A DNA stretch of 64,000 nt from Phormidesmis sp. (GCA_965248535.1 CBDFJR010000005.1:832001-896000), one strand, 5' to 3'. Counted from the first letter of the stretch, positions 20,297 to 31,594 are shown. Made by a program: numbers and translations. Notes: generated by a model from the letters alone, not told the origin.

Positions 20297-20710
20297 ATGT
20301 TCCGTCAGCCGAGAAGTCGAAAAGTTGCTGCACTGCTAGCGCTGGCGGGCGTTGCACCGCTGCCGCTTTTTGGCGTGTCGCTGCACTTGGTCGGGCTGCA
20401 CAAATTCTATCTGGGGCAAAAATGGTGGGGGCTTTTGTATATTTTGTTTGCGACCACCCCGATCGCCGCGATCGCCGGAGTCATCGAAGCCGTTTGGTAT
20501 CTGATTCAAGACCCCAATGAGTTTGACCAAAATTTTAACGATGGGTCAGCAGAGTCAGCGACGATCAACACAGGTGCCCCTATCGTGGCTGAAAAAGTGG
20601 TAACGATCGCCGAAGCGATGCGCCATTTAGATGAACTGCGGCAAGATGGATTAATCACAGACTATGAGTTTGAGCAAAAGCGACGGCAATTGCTCGATCG
20701 CATTCACTAG
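20297..20710 (+). CDS. NINE/TM2 membrane protein with C-terminal SHOCT
   Basis: GLHKFYLGQ TM2 motif; L..LRQDGLITDYEFEQKRRQLL SHOCT. Start uncertain (ORF open from 20216). Confidence 0.82.
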   Translation: MFRQPRSRKVAALLALAGVAPLPLFGVSLHLVGLHKFYLGQKWWGLLYILFATTPIAAIAGVIEAVWYLIQDPNEFDQNFNDGSAESATINTGAPIVAEKVVTIAEAMRHLDELRQDGLITDYEFEQKRRQLLDRIH

Positions 20711-20721
20711 AGCGAGTTTGG

Positions 20722-21366
20722 ATGGCTTTTTTAAACTGGTTATCAGCCTTAAAAGGGCAGGGGCGATCGCTTAAATCACGCCTCCGCAACGATCCTTACT
20801 ACCGATTTGAGTCTTTAGACGAGATTCGGCTGGCGGTTTCTCTGGGCATCAAAATCGATGTGCAGCAAGCGTCTATAGACGACTGGCTGAGGCTGCCGGG
20901 GCTGTCAATTCATCAGGCCCGACTGCTGACCCAACTCTCTAACGCAGGCGTTCAGTTCTATTGTGTTGAAGATATCGCTGCCGCCTTGGGGCTTTCAATT
21001 CAGCGCCTCAAGCCTTTGGAATCGATCTTGCAATTTTGCTACTACCCCCCTGAGAGTCTCTATCTGATTCAGCGCGTCAACCCCAACACGGCTTCAATCG
21101 AGGCGTTAGGGCACATTCCGGGCATCAAGCCTGTTTTGGCTAGAACGATCGTTCAAAATCGCTTGACTGCGTAATGGAAAAGGTGGGGGATGAAAGCCAG
21201 GGCGATGGAGCGTAGCGGAATCGCCAATCTCTCGGAACTCTCCACAAAGCATCATGGTATGCTTGCATTGGTCGTTGACCCACCCACATGGCTGAAAACA
21301 AAAGGCAGCGGTTGGCTTTGCCTCAGCCAAATCACGACTCATTTGATGCACTATCTCAGCTTTTAA
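20722..21366 (+). pseudogene. ComEA-like helix-hairpin-helix DNA-binding gene, C-terminus interrupted
   Basis: HhH motifs (WLRLPGLS, HIPGIKP); ORF stops at 21174, but the expected tail QRLALP/SQITTHLMHYLSF* reappears at 21306-21366. Confidence 0.65.
21172..21305. mobile_element. putative short insertion (IS200/IS605-like end or MITE remnant)
   Basis: Separates two parts of the ComEA-like reading frame; contains GGTGGGGGATGAAAG and hairpin GGCGAT-N13-ATCGCC (21201-21225); no transposase. Confidence 0.4.
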
Positions 21367-21401
21367 TTGCTAGATTGGGTTTGGGAGATGAGCAATCAAC
21401 G

Positions 21402-22115
21402 CTACTCGCCGCGAATCTCATCTAGCTTCGATCGCACTGCCTGAATGTCTTGCCACATCAACCATTTAGGACTGCCCTGATCGCGTGACTGATTTCGCAG
21501 CAGATAAGCTGGGTGAAAGATCGGCATATATAACCGTCCGTCGCGCTCGATCCACTGACCGCGAACTTTGGTGATGCCTTGTTTAATGCCCACTAAATTT
21601 TTCATCGCCGTTGCCCCAGTCAGCAAAATAATCTTGGGGTCAACCAAGCGAATTTGTTCGAGTAGATAGCCCTTGCAGGCTTCGGCTTCGTCGGCTGAAG
21701 GAGTCCGGTTTTCAGGGGGGCGACACTTGACCACATTGCAGATGAAGATATCTTCTTCAACCGTTAGCTTCACCGATTCTAAAATCTTGTCTAAGAGTTG
21801 ACCCGATTTGCCCACAAACGGCAGCCCGGTTTCATCCTCGGTTTGTCCGGGGCCTTCGCCCACAATCATGATCGGGGCCTTTAGATTGCCTCGCCCCACG
21901 ACCGCATGAGTCCGATTTTCGCCTAAGGCGCAGCGCTGACACTGATTGCAGTGGTTGCCCATCTGCTCCATAGTCTGATAAGTGCCGATCGGAATCGGAA
22001 TCTTGGCACTCGTCGGAATCAAATTAGGATCAAAATCTTTGGCAATCTCTTTGGGGGCGACTGGCTCTAGGCTAGATCCCAAATCAAATAAACTAATCTG
22101 TTCTTCGTTAACCAT
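21402..22115 (-). CDS. uracil-DNA glycosylase, family 4
   Basis: CxxCxL 4Fe-4S ligands, GEGPG..ED..G.PFVG, NVVKCRPP.NR.P, HPAYLL. Confidence 0.93.
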   Translation of the reverse strand: MVNEEQISLFDLGSSLEPVAPKEIAKDFDPNLIPTSAKIPIPIGTYQTMEQMGNHCNQCQRCALGENRTHAVVGRGNLKAPIMIVGEGPGQTEDETGLPFVGKSGQLLDKILESVKLTVEEDIFICNVVKCRPPENRTPSADEAEACKGYLLEQIRLVDPKIILLTGATAMKNLVGIKQGITKVRGQWIERDGRLYMPIFHPAYLLRNQSRDQGSPKWLMWQDIQAVRSKLDEIRGE

Positions 22116-22276
22116 GAATTGACAGGCAGGACGTTCGCTTTATAGATTCTAGGTTGAAAGCATGGGGTTGAGGGCGATCGTGAGAAATAGTTTTGGGCCG
22201 AGTTACTAAACCCAAACCTCAAACGAAATGAACTTTGCCATCATAAAAGAAAGCCGCCGTCCAGCAGGAGGAAGTG

Positions 22277-22960
22277 ATGCCCCTTTCTCAGTTGTTTTCA
22301 GGATCGGGAAACGCGATCATTTTTGTCGATCGCCTCAATGCCGGAGCAAAACTAGCTCAAGCCGTGTTAGCCGAAGCGCAAACGCTGCCAGACTCTACAA
22401 AGTTTGTGGTGTATGCCCTGCCGCGGGGTGGGTTGCCTGTGGCAGCGCCTGTGGCTCGTGCGCTGGGTTGCCCGCTAGATGTGATTGTGGCCAAAAAAAT
22501 TACGCGCCCTGAAAATTCAGAACTGGCGATCGGAGCCGTGACTGCTGATGGGCAGGTGCTCTGGCTCAAACCTGCGTCTTCTGATCAAGAACCAGAGCGC
22601 CAAGACCTGCTGCTAATGGCTCAAAAAAAGGCGCAAGCGCAGTTGGCTCAATTTGGCGACCGTCCGGTCATTGACCCTGAAGGCGCGATCGCGCTCCTCG
22701 TCGATGATGGCATCGCCACCGGAATGACGATGGCGGTGGCGGTGAAAGCCCTGCAAACTCGCAACCCGCTAGAGATTTGGGTCTGTGCGCCCGTGGCTCC
22801 TCAAGAACTGGCAACTTCTCTCAATCTTGAGGGCGCAAACCGAACCATCATTCTCGCGACCCCTCACCCATTTTGGAGTGTGAGCCGATTTTATCAAGTG
22901 TTCACCCAGGTCGAAACGGACGAAGCACTTGCTTGTTTGCAAAATTTCTATAAAAATTAA
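22277..22960 (+). CDS. phosphoribosyltransferase family protein
   Basis: ALPRGG, ELAIGAV, LVDDGIATGMT PRPP-binding motif. Confidence 0.88.
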   Translation: MPLSQLFSGSGNAIIFVDRLNAGAKLAQAVLAEAQTLPDSTKFVVYALPRGGLPVAAPVARALGCPLDVIVAKKITRPENSELAIGAVTADGQVLWLKPASSDQEPERQDLLLMAQKKAQAQLAQFGDRPVIDPEGAIALLVDDGIATGMTMAVAVKALQTRNPLEIWVCAPVAPQELATSLNLEGANRTIILATPHPFWSVSRFYQVFTQVETDEALACLQNFYKN

Positions 22961-23053
22961 ATCTCCTGCCTGAGTCGATTTTGCTTCTCTATTGAAGGGG
23001 GAGAGATGTTTAGAATTCACGCAGGGGTCAATACCCTTAGGAGATAACAACTT

Positions 23054-23350
23054 GTGATCAGGTGGCAGCACGTTTGGAACACGCTGGCGACTTTAGGACG
23101 CTACAACCCGCCTCAGTTGGTTGAAACTCTGATGCTCACCCTATCAATGGTGTTGTTTGTCGTCTGGATGGTCAACCCAGAAACCCCTTATTTGCTGCTG
23201 GGGTTGATCTATACGATCGGGGCCTGTGCCTCTATTTTGGTCAGAGAATCCCTGATTCCATCGCCCCGGCCGCGACCGACCCAAATGGCGGCAACAGTGC
23301 TGCTCGTCGTCAGTTTATATGGCTGTGCTGACCTGATTTTCTCGCTCTAA
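23054..23350 (+). CDS. small hypothetical membrane protein
   Basis: Three hydrophobic segments; RBS AGGAG before GTG. Confidence 0.55.
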   Translation: MIRWQHVWNTLATLGRYNPPQLVETLMLTLSMVLFVVWMVNPETPYLLLGLIYTIGACASILVRESLIPSPRPRPTQMAATVLLVVSLYGCADLIFSL

Positions 23351-24508
23351 AATCTGCGAATAAGCCTCGATCATCTGTTGAGCGATCGTGTCCCAGCTAT
23401 AAAATTTTTGAGCGTGAATTTGAGCGTTGTGGCCTCGGCGCTGTTGCTCAAGGCGATCGCTCAGGGCTATTCTCAAAGTTGCCGTCAGTGACTCAACGGT
23501 GCAGGCGCTTACCCAACCCGCCTCAGACTGCTGAATGTCTTGCCAGATGTGCACCTGATCAGAAATCACGACGGGCGTGCGGGCTGCCATCGCTTCGGCC
23601 ACGGCAATGCCAAAATTTTCATAATAAGAAGGCAACACAAATAAATCAGCTTGCTGAAGCAGAGCAGCTTTATCACCGCCAGAGATAAAGCCAGTCAGGG
23701 TGCTGCGATCGCGCAAGGCTGACCCGTGAATCTGACCCCGAATCTTCGCTTCATAAGCGGGATCTTGAGGATTTGCACCTGCTAGCACAAAGTGAAAGTC
23801 TTGCCCTTCGTCTGCTAACCGCTCTAGAGCCGGAATCAGCAAATCTAGTCCCTTTTTAGGTTCGATGCGTGACAAAAAAAGCAGCAGAGGACGCGCCTTG
23901 GGCAGATTGTAGAGGTCGCGAAACGCCGCATCAGATGGTCTAGGGAGGGTTACGCCTAGGGGAATCACTAGATCGGGGGGTGAGGTGCCAAAGCGATCGG
24001 AGATTTTGGCTTCTTGATCGCTCGTGAAGTGAAGGGCAGCGGCTCCGGCTAGGTTGGGACGCTCTAACAGCGCCGCATAGAGCTTTTTAAGATGACGTTT
24101 TTTCTGCAAATCAGCCGGGTCGAGGGTGCCCAACGGCCGCAGGATATAGGGCAATTTTTGGTGTCTGGCCACGATCGCGGCAGCCGTGCTCACGGGTGAA
24201 AACAGCGCGTGAATATGCACCAAATCGTAGCGATGACTGTGGTGAGCCAACCATCGCAGCAGCTTGAGCGAAAACTTATAGCGACGAAACGGCGAACAGC
24301 GAAAGTAGTAAACTTCATAGCCATCTTGCTGGACGGGCACCTCTAACGGCACGTCTAAGGGCGCTTGCCCGGTGTCGCCATTTGAGTCGGTTGTGAGCAC
24401 CGTGACCTCAATGCCAGCCATGGACAGCGCCGACGATAGCCCCATCACCATTTGGCTAGGGCCGCCATAAATTAAGGCAATAGAAGGAACGACGTGCAAA
24501 ACTCGCAT
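23315..24508 (-). CDS. hpsP: GT4 glycosyltransferase, HpsP-like
   Basis: YGGPSQMV.GLS, LSRIEPKKGLD, ENFGIAVAEAM; third gene of the GT2-GT4-GT4 cluster. Confidence 0.8.
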   Translation of the reverse strand: MRVLHVVPSIALIYGGPSQMVMGLSSALSMAGIEVTVLTTDSNGDTGQAPLDVPLEVPVQQDGYEVYYFRCSPFRRYKFSLKLLRWLAHHSHRYDLVHIHALFSPVSTAAAIVARHQKLPYILRPLGTLDPADLQKKRHLKKLYAALLERPNLAGAAALHFTSDQEAKISDRFGTSPPDLVIPLGVTLPRPSDAAFRDLYNLPKARPLLLFLSRIEPKKGLDLLIPALERLADEGQDFHFVLAGANPQDPAYEAKIRGQIHGSALRDRSTLTGFISGGDKAALLQQADLFVLPSYYENFGIAVAEAMAARTPVVISDQVHIWQDIQQSEAGWVSACTVESLTATLRIALSDRLEQQRRGHNAQIHAQKFYSWDTIAQQMIEAYSQILERENQVSTAI

Positions 24509-24518
24509 AGGAAAGAAT

Positions 24519-25691
24519 TTAGATAGTGTGCAGGTCGCGATAGAAGCTCAGTAATTCTTTAGCAAGGGCGTGATTAGTGTAGTGGGCGATCGCTCGTTGA
24601 TAGCCACGCTGCCCCATGTCTCTCGCATAGTCTGGCTGGTCGATTAGCTGAGTCAGACGATCGCTCAACGCAGCTACATTTCCTTCTGGAAAGACTAGCC
24701 CTGCTTTGCCAATCACATTGGGAATCTCACCCGAATCAGAGCCAATCACAGGCACCTGACAGGCCATTGCCTCGATCAAGACATGCCCAAATTGCTCTTT
24801 CCAGCCAGATGAGGTGAGAGTTTTGAACTGGGGAGCCGTTTCGGAGGGCAACACCAACGCATTCATCACGTTGATATAGCGAAACACGTCAGCGTGAGGA
24901 ACGCTTTCGACCCAGATCAAGCGATCGCGCACTCCCGCTTGTTTGGCCTGCTCCAGCAGCGTTTCTTTCAACGCTCCCCGTCCTAATAAGAGCAGTTTCC
25001 AGGGACGATCGTTGAGATTGACCAAGGCTTTGATCAAGGTCAGCAACCCTTTTTCTTCGACAAATCGCCCCACAAATCCGACGACAAAATCAGCGGGCTG
25101 AAGCCCTAATTGGGCGCGAAGTTTTGGTTGAGACTGAGGTTGAAACAGCCGCTCATCGACTCCCAATTGGGGCATGACTCGCAGCGCTTTGTGATAGCCT
25201 CGCTGCCGCAAAACCTCGGCTCCGTCTTGGTTGCCCACGATCGCGCCATCGGTGTGACGCAGATTGTAGTTCTCTAGCTGCAAAACCGGAAATTTTAGCG
25301 TGTAGGGTAAATTCCACCAGGTAAAAAATAAGTTTTTTGCCTTCAGTCCAAGAAACTGATTCAACGTGATCATCTGAGCATAGGCCAGGGATTTAGCCCC
25401 TTGCTCAACTTGAATGATCTGTGGTCGAAACTCTCGCATCAAGGCGATCAGGTCAGAGCCAAACGTAAGCAGCCCCTGATTATTTTGGCTGAAATTAGAG
25501 ACAGGAACCACCCGAAAAGAGCCGTCTTGCCGAAAGCGAGTTTCCACGATTTCTTTCATGACTCCTCCTGGTTTCCAGCGTTGAGGAACCACGATCGTGA
25601 CTTCAATTCCCGGTTCTAAGTTGGCTAAAACGCGCAGTTTTTCGCAATTTAAATCGACGATATAAGAATGGCTAGCCACCAAGATTCTCAC
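24519..25691 (-). CDS. hpsO: GT4 glycosyltransferase, HpsO-like
   Basis: MRILVASHSYIVDLNCEKL; GWKEQFGHVLIEAM. Confidence 0.82.
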   Translation of the reverse strand: MRILVASHSYIVDLNCEKLRVLANLEPGIEVTIVVPQRWKPGGVMKEIVETRFRQDGSFRVVPVSNFSQNNQGLLTFGSDLIALMREFRPQIIQVEQGAKSLAYAQMITLNQFLGLKAKNLFFTWWNLPYTLKFPVLQLENYNLRHTDGAIVGNQDGAEVLRQRGYHKALRVMPQLGVDERLFQPQSQPKLRAQLGLQPADFVVGFVGRFVEEKGLLTLIKALVNLNDRPWKLLLLGRGALKETLLEQAKQAGVRDRLIWVESVPHADVFRYINVMNALVLPSETAPQFKTLTSSGWKEQFGHVLIEAMACQVPVIGSDSGEIPNVIGKAGLVFPEGNVAALSDRLTQLIDQPDYARDMGQRGYQRAIAHYTNHALAKELLSFYRDLHTI

Positions 25692-26668
25692 AAAGTCACC
25701 TCAGAAGATGCGTGGCTATCAACCTGATGGTTGGGCGATCGCAGCACCGTTTTCAGCGCCGCCAAAAATCCGAGACTATAGAAGCCAAACCGAGACACGA
25801 CTTTGATCGGTGAACCGCTTTTGTGGCAAGGCGGACGACCCAAAACGTGACAGTCAAACAGCCGCAGGAAAAACTGCGAAGCCTGCCAGACCGTGAGGTT
25901 TTTAAACCCCATCAAAAAATGATTGTGATAAAACGTGATTTGATAGTGGAGCGATCGGGTGCTGATGTCATGACAGCCCCCCGTTTCTTCGCCGAGATGG
26001 ATCAGATGTGCCGCTGGGTCATACCAAATCATCAAGCCCGTTTTGCGAAGGCGTAAGCAAAAGTCTGATTCTTCTCGCACGGCGCTGCCCCGAAACCGTT
26101 CGTCAAACCAAAGGCCGTGCTGCTCAAAAATCTCGCGCCGAAACGACATATTGCAGCCTCTGGCACTCAACACCTGCTGCGGCTTGACGGTGTGGACGAG
26201 ATTAATGTGATACCACGCGATCCCCGGATTCATCGCTTCGGGCGGCAAATCTTGGATCTCTAGACCCGACTCAAAATCGGCTAACTTCATGCGATCGAAG
26301 ACTCGCCCCGCCACGGCCCCAATCTCTGGTCTATCGAGATAGTTTTTAGCATGAGCCGTCAAAAACGTGGGTTCTAATTGCACATCGTCATCTAAAAACA
26401 GCAGAATCTCACCCAGCGATCGCCGAACTGCGTAGTTTCTCGCGCCCGGCAAACTAGCCCAACTGACCCAAAACAGCCGAATCTTGCCAGCAGCGGCCAA
26501 CTCATCTAAAAAGCTTTGAGTCTCTGGCTGATGCGCTCGCGTTTGATCAACCACCAACACTTCAAAATTAGGATAATCCTGGTTTAAAACACCCAGCAGC
26601 GTCTCTCGAAGCGGCTCTTCGCGCCCATAGGTGGGGATGATCACAGAAATCAGGGGGCAATTCATCAA
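25688..26668 (-). CDS. hpsN: GT2 glycosyltransferase, HpsN-like
   Basis: SVIIPTYGREEPL, FLDDD, GSAVREESDFC. Confidence 0.82.
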   Translation of the reverse strand: MMNCPLISVIIPTYGREEPLRETLLGVLNQDYPNFEVLVVDQTRAHQPETQSFLDELAAAGKIRLFWVSWASLPGARNYAVRRSLGEILLFLDDDVQLEPTFLTAHAKNYLDRPEIGAVAGRVFDRMKLADFESGLEIQDLPPEAMNPGIAWYHINLVHTVKPQQVLSARGCNMSFRREIFEQHGLWFDERFRGSAVREESDFCLRLRKTGLMIWYDPAAHLIHLGEETGGCHDISTRSLHYQITFYHNHFLMGFKNLTVWQASQFFLRLFDCHVLGRPPCHKSGSPIKVVSRFGFYSLGFLAALKTVLRSPNHQVDSHASSEVTL

Positions 26669-26769
26669 ACAATAGCCAGGAAGTATGATTTATCATTCCC
26701 CCCTGTAGGGGAACGGCACCGCTGTGCTCACCAGCTTTATTATGAGAGAAATCGCCCTCAAAAATCTGC

Positions 26770-27954
26770 ATGCACACCCGAATCAAAGAAATTGCAACGG
26801 CTCTGGCTCCTCGGTTGATTGAGATTCGTCGGCACCTCCACAGCCATCCCGAACTCAGTGGATATGAGCAGCAGACCGCTACTTATGTGGCCGGAGTGCT
26901 CTCTTCGTGTGGGCTGCATGTGCAAGAAGCGATCGGGAAAATCGGCGTTATTGGAGAACTCAAAGGACAGAATTCTGAGCCGTCAAATCATCGTCTGCTA
27001 GCCATCCGCACTGATATGGATGCCTTGCCCATTCAAGAGCGCACGGGCTTAGACTATGCCTCGCGCACCGCCGGAATCATGCACGCCTGTGGTCACGATG
27101 TCCACACTACCGTGGGTCTAGGCACTGCGATGGTGCTTTCCCAACTCGGTCAACTGCTGCCCGGAACGGTGCGCTTTCTCTTTCAACCTGCCGAAGAGAT
27201 CGCCCAAGGCGCAGAGTGGATGGTGCAAGATGGCGCAATGGATCAGGTCAGCGCCATTCTATCGGTGCATGTGTTTCCATCGATTCCGGCGGGCAAGATT
27301 GGCATTCGCTATGGGGCCCTCACCGCCGCAGCAGACGATTTAGAGATCACCATCTTGGGAGAATCAGGGCACGGAGCGCGACCCCACGAAGCCATAGACG
27401 CGATCTGGATAGCCTCGCAGGTGATTACCAGCTTGCAGCAGGCCATCAGCCGCACCCAAAATCCGCTGCGCCCTGTGGTGTTAACGATCGGCAAAATCAG
27501 CGGCGGACGGGCCCCCAATGTGATCGCTGATCAGGTGCAGTTGTTGGGCACAGTACGATCGCTGCATCCTGAAACTAGCGCCGCTCTGCCGGAGTGGGTT
27601 GAGCAGATCGTCTCCAGCGTCTGCGGCACCTATGGGGCAACCTATCACCTAGACTATCGGCGCGGCGTGCCCTCAGTGCAAAACGACATCACACTAACCC
27701 ATCTGCTTGAATCGGCGGCTCAAGAAGTGTGGGGCAACGACAGCATCCAAATCATTCAAGAGCCATCTCTCGGTGCCGAAGATTTTTCGGTCTATCTCAA
27801 ACACGCGCCGGGCAGCATGTTTCGGTTGGGCGTAGGCTTTGAAGATCAGCGCAATTATCCCCTCCATCACCCTCAGTTTGAGGTGAATGAATCGGCCATT
27901 CTCACAGGTGTAGCCACGATGGCCAATGCCGTCTGGAAATATTGGGAGCAATGA
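26770..27954 (+). CDS. M20D family amidohydrolase
   Basis: RRHLHSHPELS, RTDMDALP, MHACGHD, FQPAEE, GAEDF, HHP. Confidence 0.92.
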   Translation: MHTRIKEIATALAPRLIEIRRHLHSHPELSGYEQQTATYVAGVLSSCGLHVQEAIGKIGVIGELKGQNSEPSNHRLLAIRTDMDALPIQERTGLDYASRTAGIMHACGHDVHTTVGLGTAMVLSQLGQLLPGTVRFLFQPAEEIAQGAEWMVQDGAMDQVSAILSVHVFPSIPAGKIGIRYGALTAAADDLEITILGESGHGARPHEAIDAIWIASQVITSLQQAISRTQNPLRPVVLTIGKISGGRAPNVIADQVQLLGTVRSLHPETSAALPEWVEQIVSSVCGTYGATYHLDYRRGVPSVQNDITLTHLLESAAQEVWGNDSIQIIQEPSLGAEDFSVYLKHAPGSMFRLGVGFEDQRNYPLHHPQFEVNESAILTGVATMANAVWKYWEQ

Positions 27955-28239
27955 TTGGCTGTGGCAAACCCCGTCGGCTCTTTACTTCTGTGCCGAAAGG
28001 CATTGAACAAGTTGCAGAGGGCAACTCACGATCGGTAGGGACATTTTCTCAGTTCATTGCTCTAGACATCCATAGAACTCCTGGCAGCCTTTAGGATCTT
28101 CTGGTGCTGTGGAGTTGAACAAGGGACACTAATCATTCTGGCGCTTATTCCCCATCCATAACCGCTCTTTAGAGGGATTAGAAATCAGCGATCGCAGTGA
28201 CACATTAAAAGATAACGATCGTCAATATAAGGAGCAACT

Positions 28240-28494
28240 ATGGCAGCCTCAACCCCACTCAAAGGCCTAGAGCTAGTTGACTGTGCACGAGCCAACGCCA
28301 AACAAGGGATTGAGACCACCGCTCATCTCTGTGGCTATGGTCACGACCTCAACACCTTTCGCCACGAGCTTGAAAAAGCCTGCCAGCACATGGGCGTAGA
28401 GTTTCACGAGTTGAGCGACCTGATCAAAGACGAGTCACCCCTCTTGCAAATGGGAGGCGAAATCGTCGCGCCTGACACAGCTTCTGAGCTTTAA
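28240..28494 (+). CDS. conserved cyanobacterial hypothetical protein
   Basis: RBS AAGGAG; LVDCARANAKQG...CGYG...APDTASEL. Confidence 0.75.
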   Translation: MAASTPLKGLELVDCARANAKQGIETTAHLCGYGHDLNTFRHELEKACQHMGVEFHELSDLIKDESPLLQMGGEIVAPDTASEL

Positions 28495-28638
28495 ACGGCT
28501 TTAAACAACTGCAAATAATTATTCTCTGACTCGCTCTTTGGTTGCAAGGTTAAACTAGAGAAAATCGCTGTTCTGAGAAGCCATTCTCTCAAGAGCCGCG
28601 AGGTTGAGTCACCGCAGACAAAAGGCAAGCAATAGACT

Positions 28639-30546
28639 ATGAAAGGTTCTTGGAAAAAGGCATCGGCGCGACGAACTTCCCAAAAACAGACGGCTGCAAC
28701 CAAACTGGTCATGCTGGGTTGGGTGATTGCCCAGAGCATTCTGATCGGCACACCGACGATCGCGCAAACGACCCGCGATCCGCTGAGTTATAGTCAATTG
28801 CTCAAAAAAATTGATGCGGGTGAAGTCAAAAAAGTCGAAATTGACGAAGCGCAAAAAGTTGCCAGAGTCAAGCTAGAAGGGCAAAAGCCCAACGATCCGC
28901 TTGTAGAAGTGCCCTTGCTGGAGCGCAACCCCGAACTGATTGAGCGACTGAGAGCCAACAAGGTCAACTTTGACTCTCAGCCCACGGCTGACAACAGCGT
29001 TCTCATGGGGCTTGTAGCCAATCTGCTGCTGTTTATGCTGCTGATCGCTGGGCTGCTGCTGATTTTGCGCCGATCGACCAATTCTCCCGGTGGCCCTGGG
29101 CAGGCGATGAGTTTTGGCAAATCTCGCGCTCGGTTTCAAATGGAGGCCAAAACAGGGGTGATGTTTGATGATGTGGCAGGCATCGAAGAAGCCAAAGAAG
29201 AACTGCAAGAAGTCGTCACCTTTTTGAAAAAGCCGGAGCGCTTCACCGCCGTGGGGGCGCGGATTCCCAAGGGGGTTTTGCTCATTGGGCCACCGGGAAC
29301 GGGTAAGACGCTGCTGGCAAAAGCGATCGCGGGTGAAGCAGGTGTTCCCTTTTTCTCAATCTCTGGGTCTGAGTTTGTCGAAATGTTTGTTGGCGTGGGG
29401 GCCTCTCGCGTTCGTGACTTATTTAAGAAAGCCAAAGAAAACGCGCCCTGCATTATTTTTATTGATGAAATCGATGCCGTAGGTCGTCAGCGGGGCACCG
29501 GGATCGGGGGCGGCAACGACGAGCGGGAACAAACTCTCAATCAACTGCTGACCGAGATGGATGGCTTTGAAGGCAACACAGGCATCATCATCATCGCGGC
29601 AACTAACCGTCCTGATGTGCTCGATTCTGCGTTGCTGCGTCCGGGTCGCTTTGATCGCCAAGTCAACGTTGATCTACCCACCTACAAAGGTCGGCTGAGA
29701 ATTCTAGACGTTCACGCTCGCAACAAAAAACTCGCTCCAGAAGTCTCAATGGAGACGGTCGCCCGTCGCACGCCCGGCTTTTCGGGTGCCGAGTTAGCCA
29801 ATTTGCTCAACGAAGCGGCGATTTTGACCGCACGCCGCCGCAAAGACGAGATTACTTCTTTAGAAATCGACGACGCGATCGACCGTCTCACGATCGGGCT
29901 AACCCTGACACCGTTGCTCGACAGCAAGAAAAAACGCCTGATTGCCTATCACGAAGTTGGTCACGCGCTGCTGATGACGTTGCTTAAGAATTCTGACCCG
30001 CTTAACAAAGTCACGATTATTCCCCGATCGGGCGGCATTGGCGGGTTTGCCCAGCAGGCCTTTAACGAAGACATGATCGACAGCGGACTTTATACCCGAT
30101 CGTGGATGACCGATCGGATTACGATGTCGCTGGGCGGTCGAGCGGCTGAAGAAGAGATTTTTGGCGAAGCTGAGGTCACGGCGGGCGCAAGTGGCGATAT
30201 CAGAGCCGTCGCTGACATGGCGCGAGAAATGGTGACTCGCTATGGCATGTCTGAGCTAGGGCTAGTGGCCCTTGAAGGCTCGTCGTCTGGTGAAGTTTTT
30301 CTGGGTCGTGGGCTTTCGCCCCGGTCAGAATATTCTGAAGACGTGGCCAACCAAATTGATCAACAGGTGCGAGCGATCGCCATGCAGTGCTATGCCGAAG
30401 CTCGTCGTCTGATCCGAGACAATCGTCCTCTAGTTGATCGCTTAGTTGAGATGCTGCTAGAACAAGAAACGATCGAAGGCGACCAGTTCCGCAAGATCGT
30501 GGCGGACTATCGCGAAATGCCGCAGCCCGCAAATATCGCTAGTTAA
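28639..30546 (+). CDS. ftsH: ATP-dependent zinc metalloprotease FtsH
   Basis: [17 protein letters not shown], second region of homology, HEVGH. Confidence 0.97.
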   Translation: MKGSWKKASARRTSQKQTAATKLVMLGWVIAQSILIGTPTIAQTTRDPLSYSQLLKKIDAGEVKKVEIDEAQKVARVKLEGQKPNDPLVEVPLLERNPELIERLRANKVNFDSQPTADNSVLMGLVANLLLFMLLIAGLLLILRRSTNSPGGPGQAMSFGKSRARFQMEAKTGVMFDDVAGIEEAKEELQEVVTFLKKPERFTAVGARIPKGVLLIGPPGTGKTLLAKAIAGEAGVPFFSISGSEFVEMFVGVGASRVRDLFKKAKENAPCIIFIDEIDAVGRQRGTGIGGGNDEREQTLNQLLTEMDGFEGNTGIIIIAATNRPDVLDSALLRPGRFDRQVNVDLPTYKGRLRILDVHARNKKLAPEVSMETVARRTPGFSGAELANLLNEAAILTARRRKDEITSLEIDDAIDRLTIGLTLTPLLDSKKKRLIAYHEVGHALLMTLLKNSDPLNKVTIIPRSGGIGGFAQQAFNEDMIDSGLYTRSWMTDRITMSLGGRAAEEEIFGEAEVTAGASGDIRAVADMAREMVTRYGMSELGLVALEGSSSGEVFLGRGLSPRSEYSEDVANQIDQQVRAIAMQCYAEARRLIRDNRPLVDRLVEMLLEQETIEGDQFRKIVADYREMPQPANIAS

Positions 30547-30634
30547 TCGATCGTGAAAGGTGACCCATTCGGTGATAATAAACGTTTGATTTATTGACTG
30601 AGTGGGTTACTGTTCACGTTTTGAGGATCTATCT

Positions 30635-31594
30635 ATGACGAGCGATCGGATTCAGCCCAAACTGATTATTCACGGTGGGGCAGGTAGCTCTTTAAAGGGC
30701 AAAGGCGGAGCCGAAGCTGTTCGACAGTCACTCTATCAGGTGATTGAAGAAGTCTATCGCTTGCTGCAAGAAGGGGCAACGGCTCAGGCGGCTGTCGTGC
30801 GGGGCTGTCAGCTTTTAGAAGACGAGCCGCGCTTTAATGCGGGCACAGGCTCAGTGCTGCAATCAGACGGGCAGATTCGCATGAGTGCTGCGTTGATGAA
30901 TGGCGCAACTCAGCGGTTTAGCGGGGTGATCAACACGGCCCGTGTCAGACACCCGATCGATCTGGCGCTCTTTCTGCAAGATTTTGACGATCGCATTCTC
31001 TCAGATTATGGCTCGGCAGAACTGCTGCGAGAATTGCAGGTGCCGCTCTATGACCCCACCACCGATCTGCGCCTGCAAGAATGGATTCAGGAGCGGGCTG
31101 GAAATTTTGATAAAGCCATGGCAGGCGTAGTCGCAGAGCGCGAACTAGTGAGTGATAATGCAGGGCGCGGCACGATCGGAGTGGTGGCGCTAGACAGTCA
31201 GGGACACTTAGCGGCAGGCACTTCAACGGGGGGCAAAGGCTTTGAGCGAGTCGGGCGGGTAAGTGACTCGGCGATGCCTGCGGGAAATTACGCAACGGCC
31301 CACGCGGGCATTAGCTGCACTGGCATTGGAGAAGACATCATTGATGAGTGTCTCGCCGCCAAAATCGTGATCCGGGTGACGGATGGGCTGTCTCTAAAGG
31401 CGGCCTTTGAGCGATCGTTGACCGAGGCACACCAAAATAACCGCGATCTAGGGGCGATCGGGCTAGATGCCACAGGCGCGATCGCTTGGGGCAAAACCAG
31501 CGAAGTGCTGCTAGCGGCCTATCATACGGGCGAAACCATGGCAGACACCCTAGAGATGGCAGCAGGGATGCAGGTTTCTGCGGTCGCCGTCTGA
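30635..31594 (+). CDS. isoaspartyl peptidase / plant-type L-asparaginase
   Basis: IIHGGAG, FNAGTGS, nucleophile TIGVVA, TSTGG, GRVSDS, TGIGE. Confidence 0.92.
   Translation: MTSDRIQPKLIIHGGAGSSLKGKGGAEAVRQSLYQVIEEVYRLLQEGATAQAAVVRGCQLLEDEPRFNAGTGSVLQSDGQIRMSAALMNGATQRFSGVINTARVRHPIDLALFLQDFDDRILSDYGSAELLRELQVPLYDPTTDLRLQEWIQERAGNFDKAMAGVVAERELVSDNAGRGTIGVVALDSQGHLAAGTSTGGKGFERVGRVSDSAMPAGNYATAHAGISCTGIGEDIIDECLAAKIVIRVTDGLSLKAAFERSLTEAHQNNRDLGAIGLDATGAIAWGKTSEVLLAAYHTGETMADTLEMAAGMQVSAVAV

Noticed and set aside
21201..21245. GGCGATGGAG start resembling a fluoride (crcB) riboswitch
   Set aside because: Loop length and the downstream pseudoknot motif do not fit, and no gene follows in a regulated position.
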